Shown piece after piece: positions 47,337-57,521 of a DNA stretch of 64,000 nucleotides (position 1 is the stretch's first letter; the number at the start of each line of letters is the position of its first letter). The notes below the pieces were generated by a model, which made no database searches, was not told where the DNA came from, and was given only the letters and a program-made list of their open reading frames with translations. Position numbers and translations under genes: made by a program. The stretch comes from a virus (lineage: Duplodnaviria; Caudoviricetes): the IMG/VR virus record IMGVR_UViG_2711768098_000003, positions 1 through 64,000 of that record. The stretch is one strand, 5' to 3'.

Positions 47337-47649
47337 TGTCGGCCTCCTTCGTGGTTGCCGAAGCATCAGCGGCAAGCAGTGTTTTCGCATCATGCACCGG
47401 GCACGTCTGACCCGGTTGGAGGCTGATGTAGCCGTGCGCCTGGCAGCCGCCGTGGTGATCGAACCAGCAGTCGTCTGGGTCGACTAGCTCCGACAGCAAC
47501 GTTGTGGGCACGATAATCTGCCCGGCCTGCACCAATCGGGACGCCACATGCTCGGCGACCTCGCGTGCCTCATGCCCATACATGCGATGGCCGATCACCG
47601 CCGCCACATCATCTTCAATCGCATCCGCGATGACGTCGATAGCGCTCAC
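47329..47649 (-). CDS. Hypothetical protein with Cys/His motif
   Basis: D.D.C.FDHHG.CQAHG......CP. Confidence 0.55.
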   Translation of the reverse strand: MSAIDVIADAIEDDVAAVIGHRMYGHEAREVAEHVASRLVQAGQIIVPTTLLSELVDPDDCWFDHHGGCQAHGYISLQPGQTCPVHDAKTLLAADASATTKEADNG

Positions 47650-48425
47650 GGTTTGACCTCGCGTGCGGGTTCCTGCGCAGCCGAATCGTCCCACACCGCA
47701 CGCGCCTCCACATCGAACACGTTCGGGGCGTGTACAGCCAACTGTGCACCGATCTCACGTGCCAATCGCTGGATTTCGGCGTCTGCGGCGGGATTGTCGC
47801 GTTTCACCAGGAATTCGATCCACGCCCGATAGTTGCCGGTCACGACCAGTCGGGTTTCAGTCGAGTTCGGCAACGAGTGGCGTGCGGCCTCGCGGATCTG
47901 TTTCTTGCTCAGACCTTTCGATTCGAGTCGCGCCACATCTTCGTCGTAGGCGGAGACGGCGAGGATGAAGTCGCATGCGGCGGCGCTGGTGAGGTCTGCA
48001 TCGCCTTCGAATGCGGGCGGCATGACCATCTTCGCGGTCGCCGAGTCCACGTACCGCTGCGAGAGCTGCGAGAAACTGAAGTGCCTGTGCCGCACCAGCT
48101 CGTGCGTGAGTGAACGCGAGACACCGGCCAGGTAGAACGACACCGATGCATGCTCGAGCACTGACCCGTGTCTTTGGCGCAAGATGTTGAGGAGATAGTC
48201 GGCGTTCGTGGCGGTCTTCGCGTTCGGGCGGTCAAACGACCAGTAGCACAGCCTGCCCCCGAATTCTGCCAACGCTTGCCCATCGAACCGCAGATCATGC
48301 TCATCAAGGTTCGCATCATCCGGCTCGAACAATGGGCGGCGAGCGCCATCCTCCCCCGCGGCCGATGGCGGTGTGAACACTGTGTGCCCAATCAACTGCA
48401 CATCCAACATCGCAACCCGACTCAT
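47646..48425 (-). CDS. thyX: FAD-dependent thymidylate synthase
   Basis: GR.CY.S, H.SVLEH, RHRHFSFSQLSQRY, N.RAW. Confidence 0.93.
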   Translation of the reverse strand: MSRVAMLDVQLIGHTVFTPPSAAGEDGARRPLFEPDDANLDEHDLRFDGQALAEFGGRLCYWSFDRPNAKTATNADYLLNILRQRHGSVLEHASVSFYLAGVSRSLTHELVRHRHFSFSQLSQRYVDSATAKMVMPPAFEGDADLTSAAACDFILAVSAYDEDVARLESKGLSKKQIREAARHSLPNSTETRLVVTGNYRAWIEFLVKRDNPAADAEIQRLAREIGAQLAVHAPNVFDVEARAVWDDSAAQEPAREVKP

Positions 48426-48820
48426 ACCGAACCGCCTTCCGTAACACCCTGCCAAACACCAAGACTGCTGCCATTCACACGCCGAGACCCCACCTTCACA
48501 ATCCGACCCAAACGATTCGCAGCCGCAACAATGCTCTGCGCCGACTTGTTGTCGTCACCGAATGGAAGTGCATCCGCAGTGAACGGCACACCCGATGCGA
48601 TCAGGCGGTCCAGGACTGCATGCTGATGCCGTGCGGTGGGTGTGCGAGTGTCGAGTTCAATGTTGGCGCGACGCAAACGCAGCGTGAACGCTTCCCAAGT
48701 CGTGCCGAGACGTTCAGCGATCTCATGGTTGGCGAGGCCGTAGGAACGGAGGTGCTGGTATTCGATGATTTGCGCATCAAGTTCATCAGTCAGGACGCGT
48801 GGCCGTTCAATGGTGGTCAT
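48422..48820 (-). CDS. HTH-containing hypothetical protein
   Basis: G....EIAERLG.T pattern. Confidence 0.5.
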   Translation of the reverse strand: MTTIERPRVLTDELDAQIIEYQHLRSYGLANHEIAERLGTTWEAFTLRLRRANIELDTRTPTARHQHAVLDRLIASGVPFTADALPFGDDNKSAQSIVAAANRLGRIVKVGSRRVNGSSLGVWQGVTEGGSV

Positions 48821-49338
48821 GCCGCATCGACCTTCCAACCGGCTTCGGTGAGTGCACCGACAACATCCGGCCCCTGCCAGCCGGCAGGCTTGAGGACCTT
48901 CGACTTGAACGGTTCCCCATGCCACTGCGTCGGACCGTGTTTGCCGTTGACTTTGTCGTCGTTGGCGCGCGTCACCTCGGCTTGCGTGAGGCGTGCGCCT
49001 TTGATGCCGGCGGTTTCGAGGGTGCCGCCGTGGGAGACGACGATGATGTCGTTGTAGGCGTCGGTGACGTCGGGGACGTCGAAGATGTTGGTGTCGATGA
49101 AGCCTTGGATGCGGTCCTCGAGAAGTTCACGCGGGGTGTCTTGCACGGCGAGGGTGGCGTCGACGATACCGGAGAAGCCGATGCCTTTGGCGAGTTCGTC
49201 GACTTCTTCTAGCAGCATGGCGAGGCGGTTGGCGACGGTTTTGGCGGGTGGGATGCCGGGGGTGTCGGGGATAGGTTGTGCTGCAGCAGTCATGAATCGG
49301 GCTGTGCCGTCGAGAAGATTCGGGATCTGGACAGTCAT
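48817..49338 (-). CDS. MazG-like NTP pyrophosphohydrolase
   Basis: EE..EL, D...D...V..G, EV.RAN..K, KVLKP.GW..PD. Confidence 0.75.
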   Translation of the reverse strand: MTVQIPNLLDGTARFMTAAAQPIPDTPGIPPAKTVANRLAMLLEEVDELAKGIGFSGIVDATLAVQDTPRELLEDRIQGFIDTNIFDVPDVTDAYNDIIVVSHGGTLETAGIKGARLTQAEVTRANDDKVNGKHGPTQWHGEPFKSKVLKPAGWQGPDVVGALTEAGWKVDAA

Positions 49339-49625
49339 TGGAAACCTCTATTGGTCACATACTCGGCGAGAGTGAGATATTGGGTGGAGATCTCGTCGGA
49401 CTGGTTGCCGACGTGACCTTCGGACGGTGTGACTACGTGGAATAGTTCGTTCGCGACTTGCAGGTAAAGCCTGTCGTTCTCGGCTTTTATGTGCCTGTCG
49501 ATCCCGGTTTCAGCGTCCGACCATTTCGAACCGAAATATTCTTGGCCGCAGTTGCACTGGGCTTGATGGTCGGTGTTTCCGCCGCGATAGGTGCGTTTGA
49601 TGAACCGTCTACCGTGCGGGGTCAT
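49335..49625 (-). CDS. Hypothetical protein
   Basis: ATGA overlaps. Confidence 0.45.
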   Translation of the reverse strand: MTPHGRRFIKRTYRGGNTDHQAQCNCGQEYFGSKWSDAETGIDRHIKAENDRLYLQVANELFHVVTPSEGHVGNQSDEISTQYLTLAEYVTNRGFQ

Positions 49626-50050
49626 GTGGGATCCTGTTCGCTGGGTAGCGGATTTGTGGTGATGAGTTCGATGATGCGTTCGCCGATGTCCTGCACGCCG
49701 GCGTCGTAGCCGCTGTCTGCGAGGTAATGGGCGTACTGTCCGACGCGGTCGATGGCGTCGTGGAGGCGGACACGTTCCATGCCGAGGGTCGTGTTCTTCG
49801 CTTCCAGTTCGCGGATGCGGGCAGCCATGGCGGGAATGTCTTCGCGGGCATGAGCGATCAGCTCGGCGTCATAGGATGCACTGTTCGTGGACACCATGTC
49901 GATGAAGTTCAGGGCAGATCCTGATGCTTCTCCTGGCGCTGCGACGTTGTATACGTAGCCGTATTGGGTCTCGCGGCGAATGGTTTCCCAATGTCCTGGG
50001 GTGGCTGCGTTGGCGCGGGCTTCGATGGCATCCAAGTCGAGATCGATCAC
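49622..50050 (-). CDS. Ead/Ea22-like hypothetical protein
   Basis: LDAIEARA.AATPG.W, DAE.IAHAR.DIP. Confidence 0.6.
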   Translation of the reverse strand: MIDLDLDAIEARANAATPGHWETIRRETQYGYVYNVAAPGEASGSALNFIDMVSTNSASYDAELIAHAREDIPAMAARIRELEAKNTTLGMERVRLHDAIDRVGQYAHYLADSGYDAGVQDIGERIIELITTNPLPSEQDPT

Positions 50051-51171
50051 GCTGCGACCTCCTCGATGTCATCCATGTCGGCTTCCCAGGTTCCCACTGG
50101 CATATACCTGTTGTCGCCGTCTATGAGGAAGAGCGGACCCTTGGCTTCTGCTAGATCGGCCGCGTGGTCCAGGTCGTCCGCTTCTACATCCACGGACGTG
50201 GTCACCGTGGCTTGAATGAAAACTCGGTACCGGGTCATGCGGCGAGGGTTTCCGTGCGGGCAATCTCGGCCTCAGCGGCAGCGGCATCCAAGGCGCGCTG
50301 CATCCGTGCAGCCACAGCCTGCAACTGCTGATGCGGCGACGGCACCAAACTACGATCCAAATAATCAGGTCGATCCAACATGGCGGGTTCCTTTGACGTT
50401 TGGCAGAACGCTTCGTACCCGCGTAACTGTATGCGCAACCGGCGCGTAACTCAACTCTGGGGTGTCAAAGGTTGCGCGGATGGTTCATTCGTTGCACGTA
50501 TTGCAGCCAGTCTTCGCCGGGCCAGGGTCCATGCTGGGTATGGAGGTCGCGTTGCAATTGAGTGTTGCGGCGTTGGGTGTGGATGTTGTAGCGGCGGGTG
50601 CGGTGTCGCCATTGCCAGTGCCGCCACAGTGTGCGCAACCAAGTCACAGGCTGCGCTTCCGGTACGTGTTGGAGTCGCCCCAAACGAACAATGCGATGAG
50701 CGCACTGTTAATGGTGAAGCCGAGTAGTCCGAGGTTGATCGATCCGTTGCCGATGCGCCATAACGCTAGGGCGGCGAAGATGAGAGGTACCGCGTAGAAC
50801 GTGGCGACCATGAACCGTTCGAACTTCCAGTCGAGGTGGCGGTTGTGCAGCCAGGCTTCGATGATGCGCTGTTGGATGCGGGTTTCAATCCGCTGCGGCG
50901 CCGTCACGGCAGCTCCGTCACTGGGCCGAGCATCGTCAACGGCCATATCCGAGATCCCAATCTTTGTGAGTGAGCAGTTCGTGTACGCGGGCAGCGCCGG
51001 CGTCGTCACGGACTGTCAGGTTCACTTCCTTGGCGACGTTGACGTTCGATGTCAGTGCATCGGCGATGCGTTTCACCTGATCGCCCAGATAGATGAGCGC
51101 GTGAATGTTGGCGCTGAGCGGATTGGTTTCCGCGTTACGGAGCGCGGTCGCGCGATGGTCGACGTTGCTCA

Positions 51172-51513
51172 TCACGGGCCTTCAATCGGGCCGTCAACAC
51201 CGATGATGTTCGGGAACATCGACAGAAACCCCACCCGGAAATCGCCAGTCCGCAGGTTGTAGACCTTGCCCTCCTCCAGCCTGTTGAAGGTGTCCTGCGA
51301 GCCGAAACCGCCTGCAATGGAATCGTTCGCAACGAAGGATCCGCATGACGTGTAGACGCGCTTCTCGCCAGATGAGCCGTCACGGATGAGGCGTTCTTTC
51401 GACTGGATGGTGCAGTTACTGTGGTCCTGCTGGTTCATGCTGGAGCAGCCGGCGAGGCCGATCGTTGCGACAGCGATTGCGGTAGCGGCGACGGTCTTCT
51501 TGAAACGGTTCAC
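51172..51513 (-). CDS. Putative lipoprotein
   Basis: Lipobox LAGC; G.R...LS.FPNI. Confidence 0.65.
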   Translation of the reverse strand: MNRFKKTVAATAIAVATIGLAGCSSMNQQDHSNCTIQSKERLIRDGSSGEKRVYTSCGSFVANDSIAGGFGSQDTFNRLEEGKVYNLRTGDFRVGFLSMFPNIIGVDGPIEGP

Positions 51514-51797
51514 AGGGTGTTTCCTTCGGGTTCGTGTTTCGCGGGTGTCGTGTACGCGGCCAACGCCATAGCGGGCACAGAGCAGGGGTCGATGCCGAGT
51601 TTGTGGACGTTGGTTTCGCCTGCGAGTGCGGCGATGACATTGTTGAGTGCTGCGATGGCGAGGTCGGCGCGGATGTGTACGGGTCGGCCGGGGTAGGCGG
51701 TGTGGATGTCGCGGGTGGTGCGTGCGATTTCTTCGCGGTAGTGGCTTGCGGTGATGCCTGCTATGCGGTTTCGTCGCAGCGCGTTGTCGACGGTCAT
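51510..51797 (-). CDS. Hypothetical protein
   Basis: ORF coupled to next gene. Confidence 0.45.
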   Translation of the reverse strand: MTVDNALRRNRIAGITASHYREEIARTTRDIHTAYPGRPVHIRADLAIAALNNVIAALAGETNVHKLGIDPCSVPAMALAAYTTPAKHEPEGNTL

Positions 51798-51931
51798 GCC
51801 CGTTAGTGTGCGGGCTATCCTGTGTTGGTTGGATATTCAGCGCACAGGCTTGGGTATGCGTGAACCCCAGGCCCCGCCTAGACGGGTAATCCTGGGGTTC
51901 ACTTCCGGCCACACCTCAATGCGCCGGCAAA

Positions 51932-52279
51932 CTAGGCGGGCCTCTCTGCGGGTCCGTCTGCGAGCGTGACGATCTGGTCGAATCGTCGGGTAATGTTGCG
52001 GCCTTGCTGGCCACGGATGAGCAGTTCACCGCCGCCAGGAAACTCGGCACGGACAGTGGAGACGGTATGACGCACGGCGCCTCGGAACATGTCTGCTACT
52101 GCATCGACTGCACTGAACAGTTCCCGTGATTCACGGAAGTCGTGGAGGATGAGCATGGTCTTGAACCCGAGGGCGGCGCTGACGGTTGCCCAGATCGGCC
52201 CTTGGTGGCGCGGGAGTTGGTAGCGGGGCGTGTGAGGGTGGTGGATGTCGAGGTACTGGCTAATCTCGTCGGGCGTCAC
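51932..52279 (-). CDS. Hypothetical protein
   Basis: GTGA overlap with rusA. Confidence 0.5.
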   Translation of the reverse strand: MTPDEISQYLDIHHPHTPRYQLPRHQGPIWATVSAALGFKTMLILHDFRESRELFSAVDAVADMFRGAVRHTVSTVRAEFPGGGELLIRGQQGRNITRRFDQIVTLADGPAERPA

Positions 52280-52713
52280 GCTGCTACTACCTGTTCTGCA
52301 AAGATCTCCGTGTAGGTGATGTGGACGCCCGGCAACTCCCCCACTTCTGCATACCGTTTCCGCGCCCGCAGATCCGTCACCTGCGCATCATCGACGTAGA
52401 GCGCGCCCTCGAGTGCATCCAGGACGCCGCGCGCGAGTTTGTCGGTGTCTCCGATGCGTTTCACGGCTGGCGGAGTCGGCTTGCCCTTAGGCATAGATGC
52501 CGGGCGGGGCATCACAAACATGAGGTTGAGTGCGACTGGACCGGTCATGAGCGGTTGCTTCCGGTAGTGCACGTGAGCCTCCGCTGTCACGACTGCACGC
52601 CACGGCTTTAACGCCTTCGAGGACTCCACCAGCACAGGCTTGCCCTTGCGCATCCCCTTGTAGGATTTCGATCCTTGCGGAGCTGGTCTGCCGTGGACGA
52701 AGAAGCTACTCAC
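52276..52713 (-). CDS. rusA: RusA-family Holliday junction resolvase
   Basis: G.PAPQGSK, F..PRP, D.DKL.R.VLDAL, DD.QV. Confidence 0.9.
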   Translation of the reverse strand: MSSFFVHGRPAPQGSKSYKGMRKGKPVLVESSKALKPWRAVVTAEAHVHYRKQPLMTGPVALNLMFVMPRPASMPKGKPTPPAVKRIGDTDKLARGVLDALEGALYVDDAQVTDLRARKRYAEVGELPGVHITYTEIFAEQVVAA

Positions 52714-52854
52714 TGGGGCATTCCTGATGTCGGTAGAGGGTGTGTTCGATGGGCATGGTGCGGCCGCCGACAACGGTGGTTTGGGTGATGATGACGGGGC
52801 TGCGGCGTTCCGTTTTCAGGATGAGTTGGCGGCAGTCGATGCATGTGGACGCCA

Positions 52855-53076
52855 TCAGCATTCCTCCCTCGCGGGCAGCCAAGACTTCTGCGTCCGCACC
52901 ACCGTGCCGCCGCCGAAACCTGCGGGTTGATCCCACTCGGTGACGTTGACTTCCATGATGATCCAGCACTGTTGGCAATCGTCACAACTCCAGATGCTGC
53001 CGATTGCTGCATCGTTCAGATCTGGTGTCGGGCAGACGTGACCGCGGAGGTCGAAGTTGTGTTTGATCCAGCCCAT
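52855..53076 (-). CDS. Small Zn-ribbon protein
   Basis: H.C..P...GS.W.C.DC...W. Confidence 0.45.
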   Translation of the reverse strand: MGWIKHNFDLRGHVCPTPDLNDAAIGSIWSCDDCQQCWIIMEVNVTEWDQPAGFGGGTVVRTQKSWLPAREEC

Positions 53077-53531
53077 CAGGATGCGTGCCGGTAGCCGTGG
53101 ATCACGAACGGGTAGACGGGCGTGAACACCCACACCTGGGACGCCGCCCACAGCGCCTCATCCTCAACCCATTCCGGGTCGAAACCGTGCTGCCAGCCGT
53201 TCGCGGCGCATTCATCACCGGTGTGCCCGGCGAGATCCTTCTGCACCGCGAATCCGAAGTAACGGCCGTCTTCCCGCCTGCGGATGACTCGCATCGTCTC
53301 GAGCCATTCATCATACGATTCGGAGGCGAGGTTGATGCCGACGTCGTTGATGATCTCATAGTCGACGAGGAATGCGTCTAGGTCGGCGCGCGCTTGTTCC
53401 GCGTTGGCGATCCATTGGAGTGCGTCTGTGGTGGTGCCGTGTTTGCCTGCGATGATTTCGCCGAGGGTGCCGCGGAGGATGACGCGGTTGGTTTCGGCGA
53501 CGTAGGGCGCGGGGGTGAGGGTGGCGGTCAT
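53076..53531 (-). CDS. Hypothetical protein
   Basis: 151-aa ORF. Confidence 0.55.
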   Translation of the reverse strand: MTATLTPAPYVAETNRVILRGTLGEIIAGKHGTTTDALQWIANAEQARADLDAFLVDYEIINDVGINLASESYDEWLETMRVIRRREDGRYFGFAVQKDLAGHTGDECAANGWQHGFDPEWVEDEALWAASQVWVFTPVYPFVIHGYRHAS

Positions 53532-53579
53532 GGCTGTGACGGTACGACTTTCACCGTGTTGGCCGTATTTGCAAACCCC

Positions 53580-54479
53580 CTAGAACGCCCCCGGTGCAAC
53601 CTGGAAACACGGCAACCCCATCGAACGCCACATCTCCACCACCTGATCCCGGTCATCCCACACCGCACGCACGTTGTACTGCCGCCGCACAAACCGATCA
53701 AACAATTCCGCTTTCACCACCGAATCCTTACGGATATCCCCCGTCGCACGCATCAACAATCGTTCCGGGTGGATACCGTTAGCGGTCAACCACTTCGCAG
53801 TCTCCTGCGCGCACGAGGCCTCCCGCCCCGACATCACAATCAGCGCGCCGGGTAGCAGGTCGATGACCTCGGCGACATGCTCCACCAGCTCGTCTTCACC
53901 GACACGGCGGTAGTCGTAGGGGCTGCGGTCCCCCATCTTCGCGAGAGTGCCATCGATGTCGACGATGTAGGCGAGCGGCTTCGACTCATCCGGGACGTAC
54001 ACATCCGGTTTGACAGTCACGTCGGGACGCACTTCGATCGGCTTCCACGAACGGATCGGGAACCGTGCAGCCATGTCACGGATCACCGTCTCGCCCACGA
54101 CACGGCCGCCAGCATCCCCGCGAGCCTTGTCACGCCGCAAACACTCTTCCAACGGTGTCGGCACATCCTGGGTGACGAATTCGGCGCCCACCTGCTTCGC
54201 CAACGATGCAACCTCGCGGGCATACTTCATCCGCAGGTTCGTGTCATCGAAGATGACGGATACACCGTTGCCGAGGAGGTGTTTCGCGGCAGTGTGTTGG
54301 GCGATCGTGACGGCCCGTTCCTGCTCGTATGTGCCGACGCCTTCGATGTTGAACATGCCGGCGCGGAGGTCGTCACGGTTGATGCGTGCACGATGGTTGG
54401 GGTCTTCGGCGACCCATTGGCGTGCCCAGGTCGTTTTCCCTGACGCCGGGTATCCGCGTGTGGCTACAACAGTCGTCAT
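53580..54479 (-). CDS. Polynucleotide 5'-kinase/3'-phosphatase (T4 Pnkp-like)
   Basis: GYPASGKT, NRDDLR, DDTN; HAD DIDGT, SGR, DDR.QV. Confidence 0.92.
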   Translation of the reverse strand: MTTVVATRGYPASGKTTWARQWVAEDPNHRARINRDDLRAGMFNIEGVGTYEQERAVTIAQHTAAKHLLGNGVSVIFDDTNLRMKYAREVASLAKQVGAEFVTQDVPTPLEECLRRDKARGDAGGRVVGETVIRDMAARFPIRSWKPIEVRPDVTVKPDVYVPDESKPLAYIVDIDGTLAKMGDRSPYDYRRVGEDELVEHVAEVIDLLPGALIVMSGREASCAQETAKWLTANGIHPERLLMRATGDIRKDSVVKAELFDRFVRRQYNVRAVWDDRDQVVEMWRSMGLPCFQVAPGAF

Positions 54480-55564
54480 GCGACAGCCTCCGAATGGTCG
54501 AGCATGAACGAATCGCCGCGCGGTTTCAACTGCTTCCAGATGGCATCGTTCATGCGGTCGTGTTGCCCGTCTGCGAGGCAGAACAGCAGGGACCGGTTGT
54601 CGTGTTTGACGGCGTGTGCCGCGAACCCTTTCCTGTCGCCGCTTGTGACCATCTGGTCGAGGATTTCACCGTAGGTGGCGACTGCGCGCGCCCCGATTGT
54701 CTTCCGCTTCTGCTGTAGCGCATTCCATGTTGTGGTCAGCCAGTCGTGGAATTCGTCGGGCAGGTCGGCGATGAGGTCTTCGAACGGCTGCCCGGATGCG
54801 GCATGTTCCCACACTGTTTTCTCGGACATGCCGGTGACGATTTTGTGGAGCTGCACGTATCGTTCCAGTTTCAGTTTCACCATTGTGCCGTCGCGGTATT
54901 GGACGACGAATCCTTCGGCGTTGTCACGTACGGGCGCGCGGAGGGCATCTGCGAGGGTGTCGTATGGGAACGTTCGAGACTTGCGGCCCGGCCAACCCCA
55001 TCCGAAGGGTGCCAACACTTCACCGCTCGTGTTGTCCACGACGCCGAGGAGCACTAGGTCTTCGAAGTCGTAGTCGACGACGATGCGGTTTGCTTTGTAG
55101 ATGATCTCGACTAGGTATGTGAACCCTGGCGCGGGCGTGTAGTCGTCGGCGTAGTTTGCCTGCCAGTAGTCGGTTGCCCAGCGTGCTTGTTCGGACTCGA
55201 ATGATCCGCGTGTCGCGATCTCGTAGAGTCCGTCCCTTGTCGGGTAGAGGATGCCTAGTGAGCCGTCGAGTTTGTCGGACACTCTGACGGGGGCGTCGAG
55301 GTCCAACTGCGGGTGGCGCTCTCCATCGTGTTCAGCGTCGTTGAAGAATTTGGGGAACGGTCGGGCTATCACTTCACCGGAGTCGTCGACGATGAGGCCG
55401 CGGCATTGCAAGGTCACTTCATCCCATGCCTGCGAGTATGCGGTGAGCTCGGAGTAGTTGTAGATCCGGTATGGCAGGCGCGGGTGGGATCGTACTTTGA
55501 CGAGGCCGGCGTCGATGCGATCCTGCAGGACGGTTGGGTTCATCAGGTCGTCGATGTTCACCAT
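54476..55564 (-). CDS. RNA ligase (T4 Rnl1 family)
   Basis: CRGLI, RPF.KFFN, KLDGSLG, EII, EGFVV, VKLK...Y..LH. Confidence 0.92.
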   Translation of the reverse strand: MVNIDDLMNPTVLQDRIDAGLVKVRSHPRLPYRIYNYSELTAYSQAWDEVTLQCRGLIVDDSGEVIARPFPKFFNDAEHDGERHPQLDLDAPVRVSDKLDGSLGILYPTRDGLYEIATRGSFESEQARWATDYWQANYADDYTPAPGFTYLVEIIYKANRIVVDYDFEDLVLLGVVDNTSGEVLAPFGWGWPGRKSRTFPYDTLADALRAPVRDNAEGFVVQYRDGTMVKLKLERYVQLHKIVTGMSEKTVWEHAASGQPFEDLIADLPDEFHDWLTTTWNALQQKRKTIGARAVATYGEILDQMVTSGDRKGFAAHAVKHDNRSLLFCLADGQHDRMNDAIWKQLKPRGDSFMLDHSEAVA

Positions 55565-56322
55565 GCGATGTCCTCGAGGTAGTGGCGGCGTACGCGTTGC
55601 ATGAAGTCTTCGATGGGCGCTTCGTCGGGATGCTCAGGCAGCGGCGACACGGCGGCATCGAACTTCTGCGAGTATTCGACGATCAAACTGTTGGCGGCTT
55701 TCGCCTCCGGATCAGCCTTGATGGATGCCCCGAAGTCGAAGAACGGTTGCGGATCCGGGACGCGGATGGGTAGGTGCCCGGTGGTGTACAGCTCGTAGCC
55801 TTGCCAGAGGAGTCGCATCGTGTGGCGGGCATGTTTTTCGCGGCGGGTTTCGAGGCTGCCGGCGAACCTGCCACGGGAGAGTAGCCGTTTGAACTGGCTG
55901 GTGGCGAAGCCGAAGTATGCGTCGCGGACACGCTTCCGGCACAGGAATGCCGTCCGCAGCCCGATCAGTTCTTCACCGAACGCATTCTTGCGTTGATGGT
56001 GGTCGAGCCACAGTATTTCGGATGCTGTGGGGTTGCAGGACAGCATGAGTCCCATGGCTTTGCCGACTTCATGGAAGGTGGTGTCGGGGTCGTCGCGTTT
56101 CCATGTGGCGCGTTCGCGGGCGGGCGGGTGTAGGCCGAGGAATGCACTGGTGGGTTCGGCGTAGATGCCGGTGTAGTCGATGTCACTGTCAGGTGTGTTG
56201 AGTCCGTAGGCGACTGATCCGACGATGCCTTCCAACAGGATGTGGGTGGTGCGGGTTTCGGGGTTGAATTTGGGGTGTGGTCGGATGATGCTGCGTGGCG
56301 GGTTGCCGGTGGTTGCGCTCAT
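55558..56322 (-). CDS. RlaP/YcgL-like Pol-beta nucleotidyltransferase
   Basis: GS.AYGL.TP.SD.D..G, NP...E.L, K.A.H..RL. Confidence 0.85.
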   Translation of the reverse strand: MSATTGNPPRSIIRPHPKFNPETRTTHILLEGIVGSVAYGLNTPDSDIDYTGIYAEPTSAFLGLHPPARERATWKRDDPDTTFHEVGKAMGLMLSCNPTASEILWLDHHQRKNAFGEELIGLRTAFLCRKRVRDAYFGFATSQFKRLLSRGRFAGSLETRREKHARHTMRLLWQGYELYTTGHLPIRVPDPQPFFDFGASIKADPEAKAANSLIVEYSQKFDAAVSPLPEHPDEAPIEDFMQRVRRHYLEDIAW

Positions 56323-56330
56323 GGTGGCCC

Positions 56331-56834
56331 CTATCCGCAGTCTTCGCAGCAGTAGTAGTCACTGACGGGCGCGGTTTCCCGGCCCGGCAGCTCGGTCTCG
56401 CCGGGCTTCAAAGATCGCCCCTGCTCCTGTTTCAGCGACAGGACGACCGTCTCCAACTGGGGTACACCCAGCACGGCGCGGGTGAATGCCGCGTATCGGC
56501 ATCGCAGTGACGGCGCGAGGTCCATGTAGTCGTCGACGCCATCCAAGCCGGGCGCGAGTGTCTTCATGGCTTTCCATCCACGGATGGTTGCGTCGTTGAG
56601 CGGGTCGGCTTCCCATTCGGCTAACGCTGCAGCCTGCGCGGCCTGTTTGGCCTCGTATTCGGCTTGCCGCTTCTGTTCTGCGAGGCGGCGGAATTCTTGC
56701 CGCTCAGCGATGACGCGGTCGATGCGGGCTCGCAGCATGTCGACGAGCGTGAGGTTGGCGTCGTTGGGGAACTGCTGCAGTGTCTTGATGTGTTGGTAGC
56801 AGTCGTATTCGCTGAGTTGGTCGATGTCGGTCAC
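56331..56834 (-). CDS. Hypothetical protein
   Basis: GTGA overlap. Confidence 0.5.
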   Translation of the reverse strand: MTDIDQLSEYDCYQHIKTLQQFPNDANLTLVDMLRARIDRVIAERQEFRRLAEQKRQAEYEAKQAAQAAALAEWEADPLNDATIRGWKAMKTLAPGLDGVDDYMDLAPSLRCRYAAFTRAVLGVPQLETVVLSLKQEQGRSLKPGETELPGRETAPVSDYYCCEDCG

Positions 56835-57021
56835 GGCTGTCCTGCCTTGTCGTTGTTGTGGAGGATGCGGGTTGCTTCACGCGCATAGCCTCGGGCTGTC
56901 GCATGGTCGGGGAAGCGGCGGGTGTTGTCGCCGATGGTGACGGTCCAGTCCCAGCCGGTTCCGAGGGCGAACGGTTGGCGTGCGATGTTGATCCGGTCGT
57001 CGATACCGATGTCCGGGTCAA

Positions 57022-57264
57022 TCAAGACTTCTCCTTGGCGTTGTCGAGTTCACGTTGGCGGCGCCTGTTGTGGCGGTCGTTTGCGACACACGAGCCGTCG
57101 AAGTGTCCGCGGGCGTAGATGCGTGCGGCGAGGCGGTGCAGTTCGGCGATGCCACCTTCGTCGAGCAGTGACCTGTTGTCGTACTTGGCGGCTAATGAAC
57201 GTTCGTCTTCGACGTACGCCTCCACAAGTTGACCGACTTCGAGCGGTTCGACCGGTTGATTCAC
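57022..57264 (-). CDS. Hypothetical protein
   Basis: GAGGAGG RBS, GTGA overlap. Confidence 0.5.
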   Translation of the reverse strand: MNQPVEPLEVGQLVEAYVEDERSLAAKYDNRSLLDEGGIAELHRLAARIYARGHFDGSCVANDRHNRRRQRELDNAKEKS

Positions 57265-57521
57265 TGGTCCTCCTCAGCGGCAGCAGCAGCGAGGAGGTCG
57301 CGCAGCTCGTCGACGACATCACCGGATACGAAGTTGTCGACAATGGAGCGAAGGCTGTCCAGCAGGTCGTCACGCTCCACTGTGGGCACGATGCTGTATC
57401 CGGCGTCCGACAACCGCTCCGCTAACACCTCTGCCGCATCCTCAAAGAATGCTTCCCATCCATCAGGGCGGTTTGCGATCTTGCGTAGCTCCAGCGCGAG
57501 GACTTCCATTTTTCTGCTCAT
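57261..57521 (-). CDS. Hypothetical protein
   Basis: ATGA overlap. Confidence 0.5.
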   Translation of the reverse strand: MSRKMEVLALELRKIANRPDGWEAFFEDAAEVLAERLSDAGYSIVPTVERDDLLDSLRSIVDNFVSGDVVDELRDLLAAAAAEEDQ

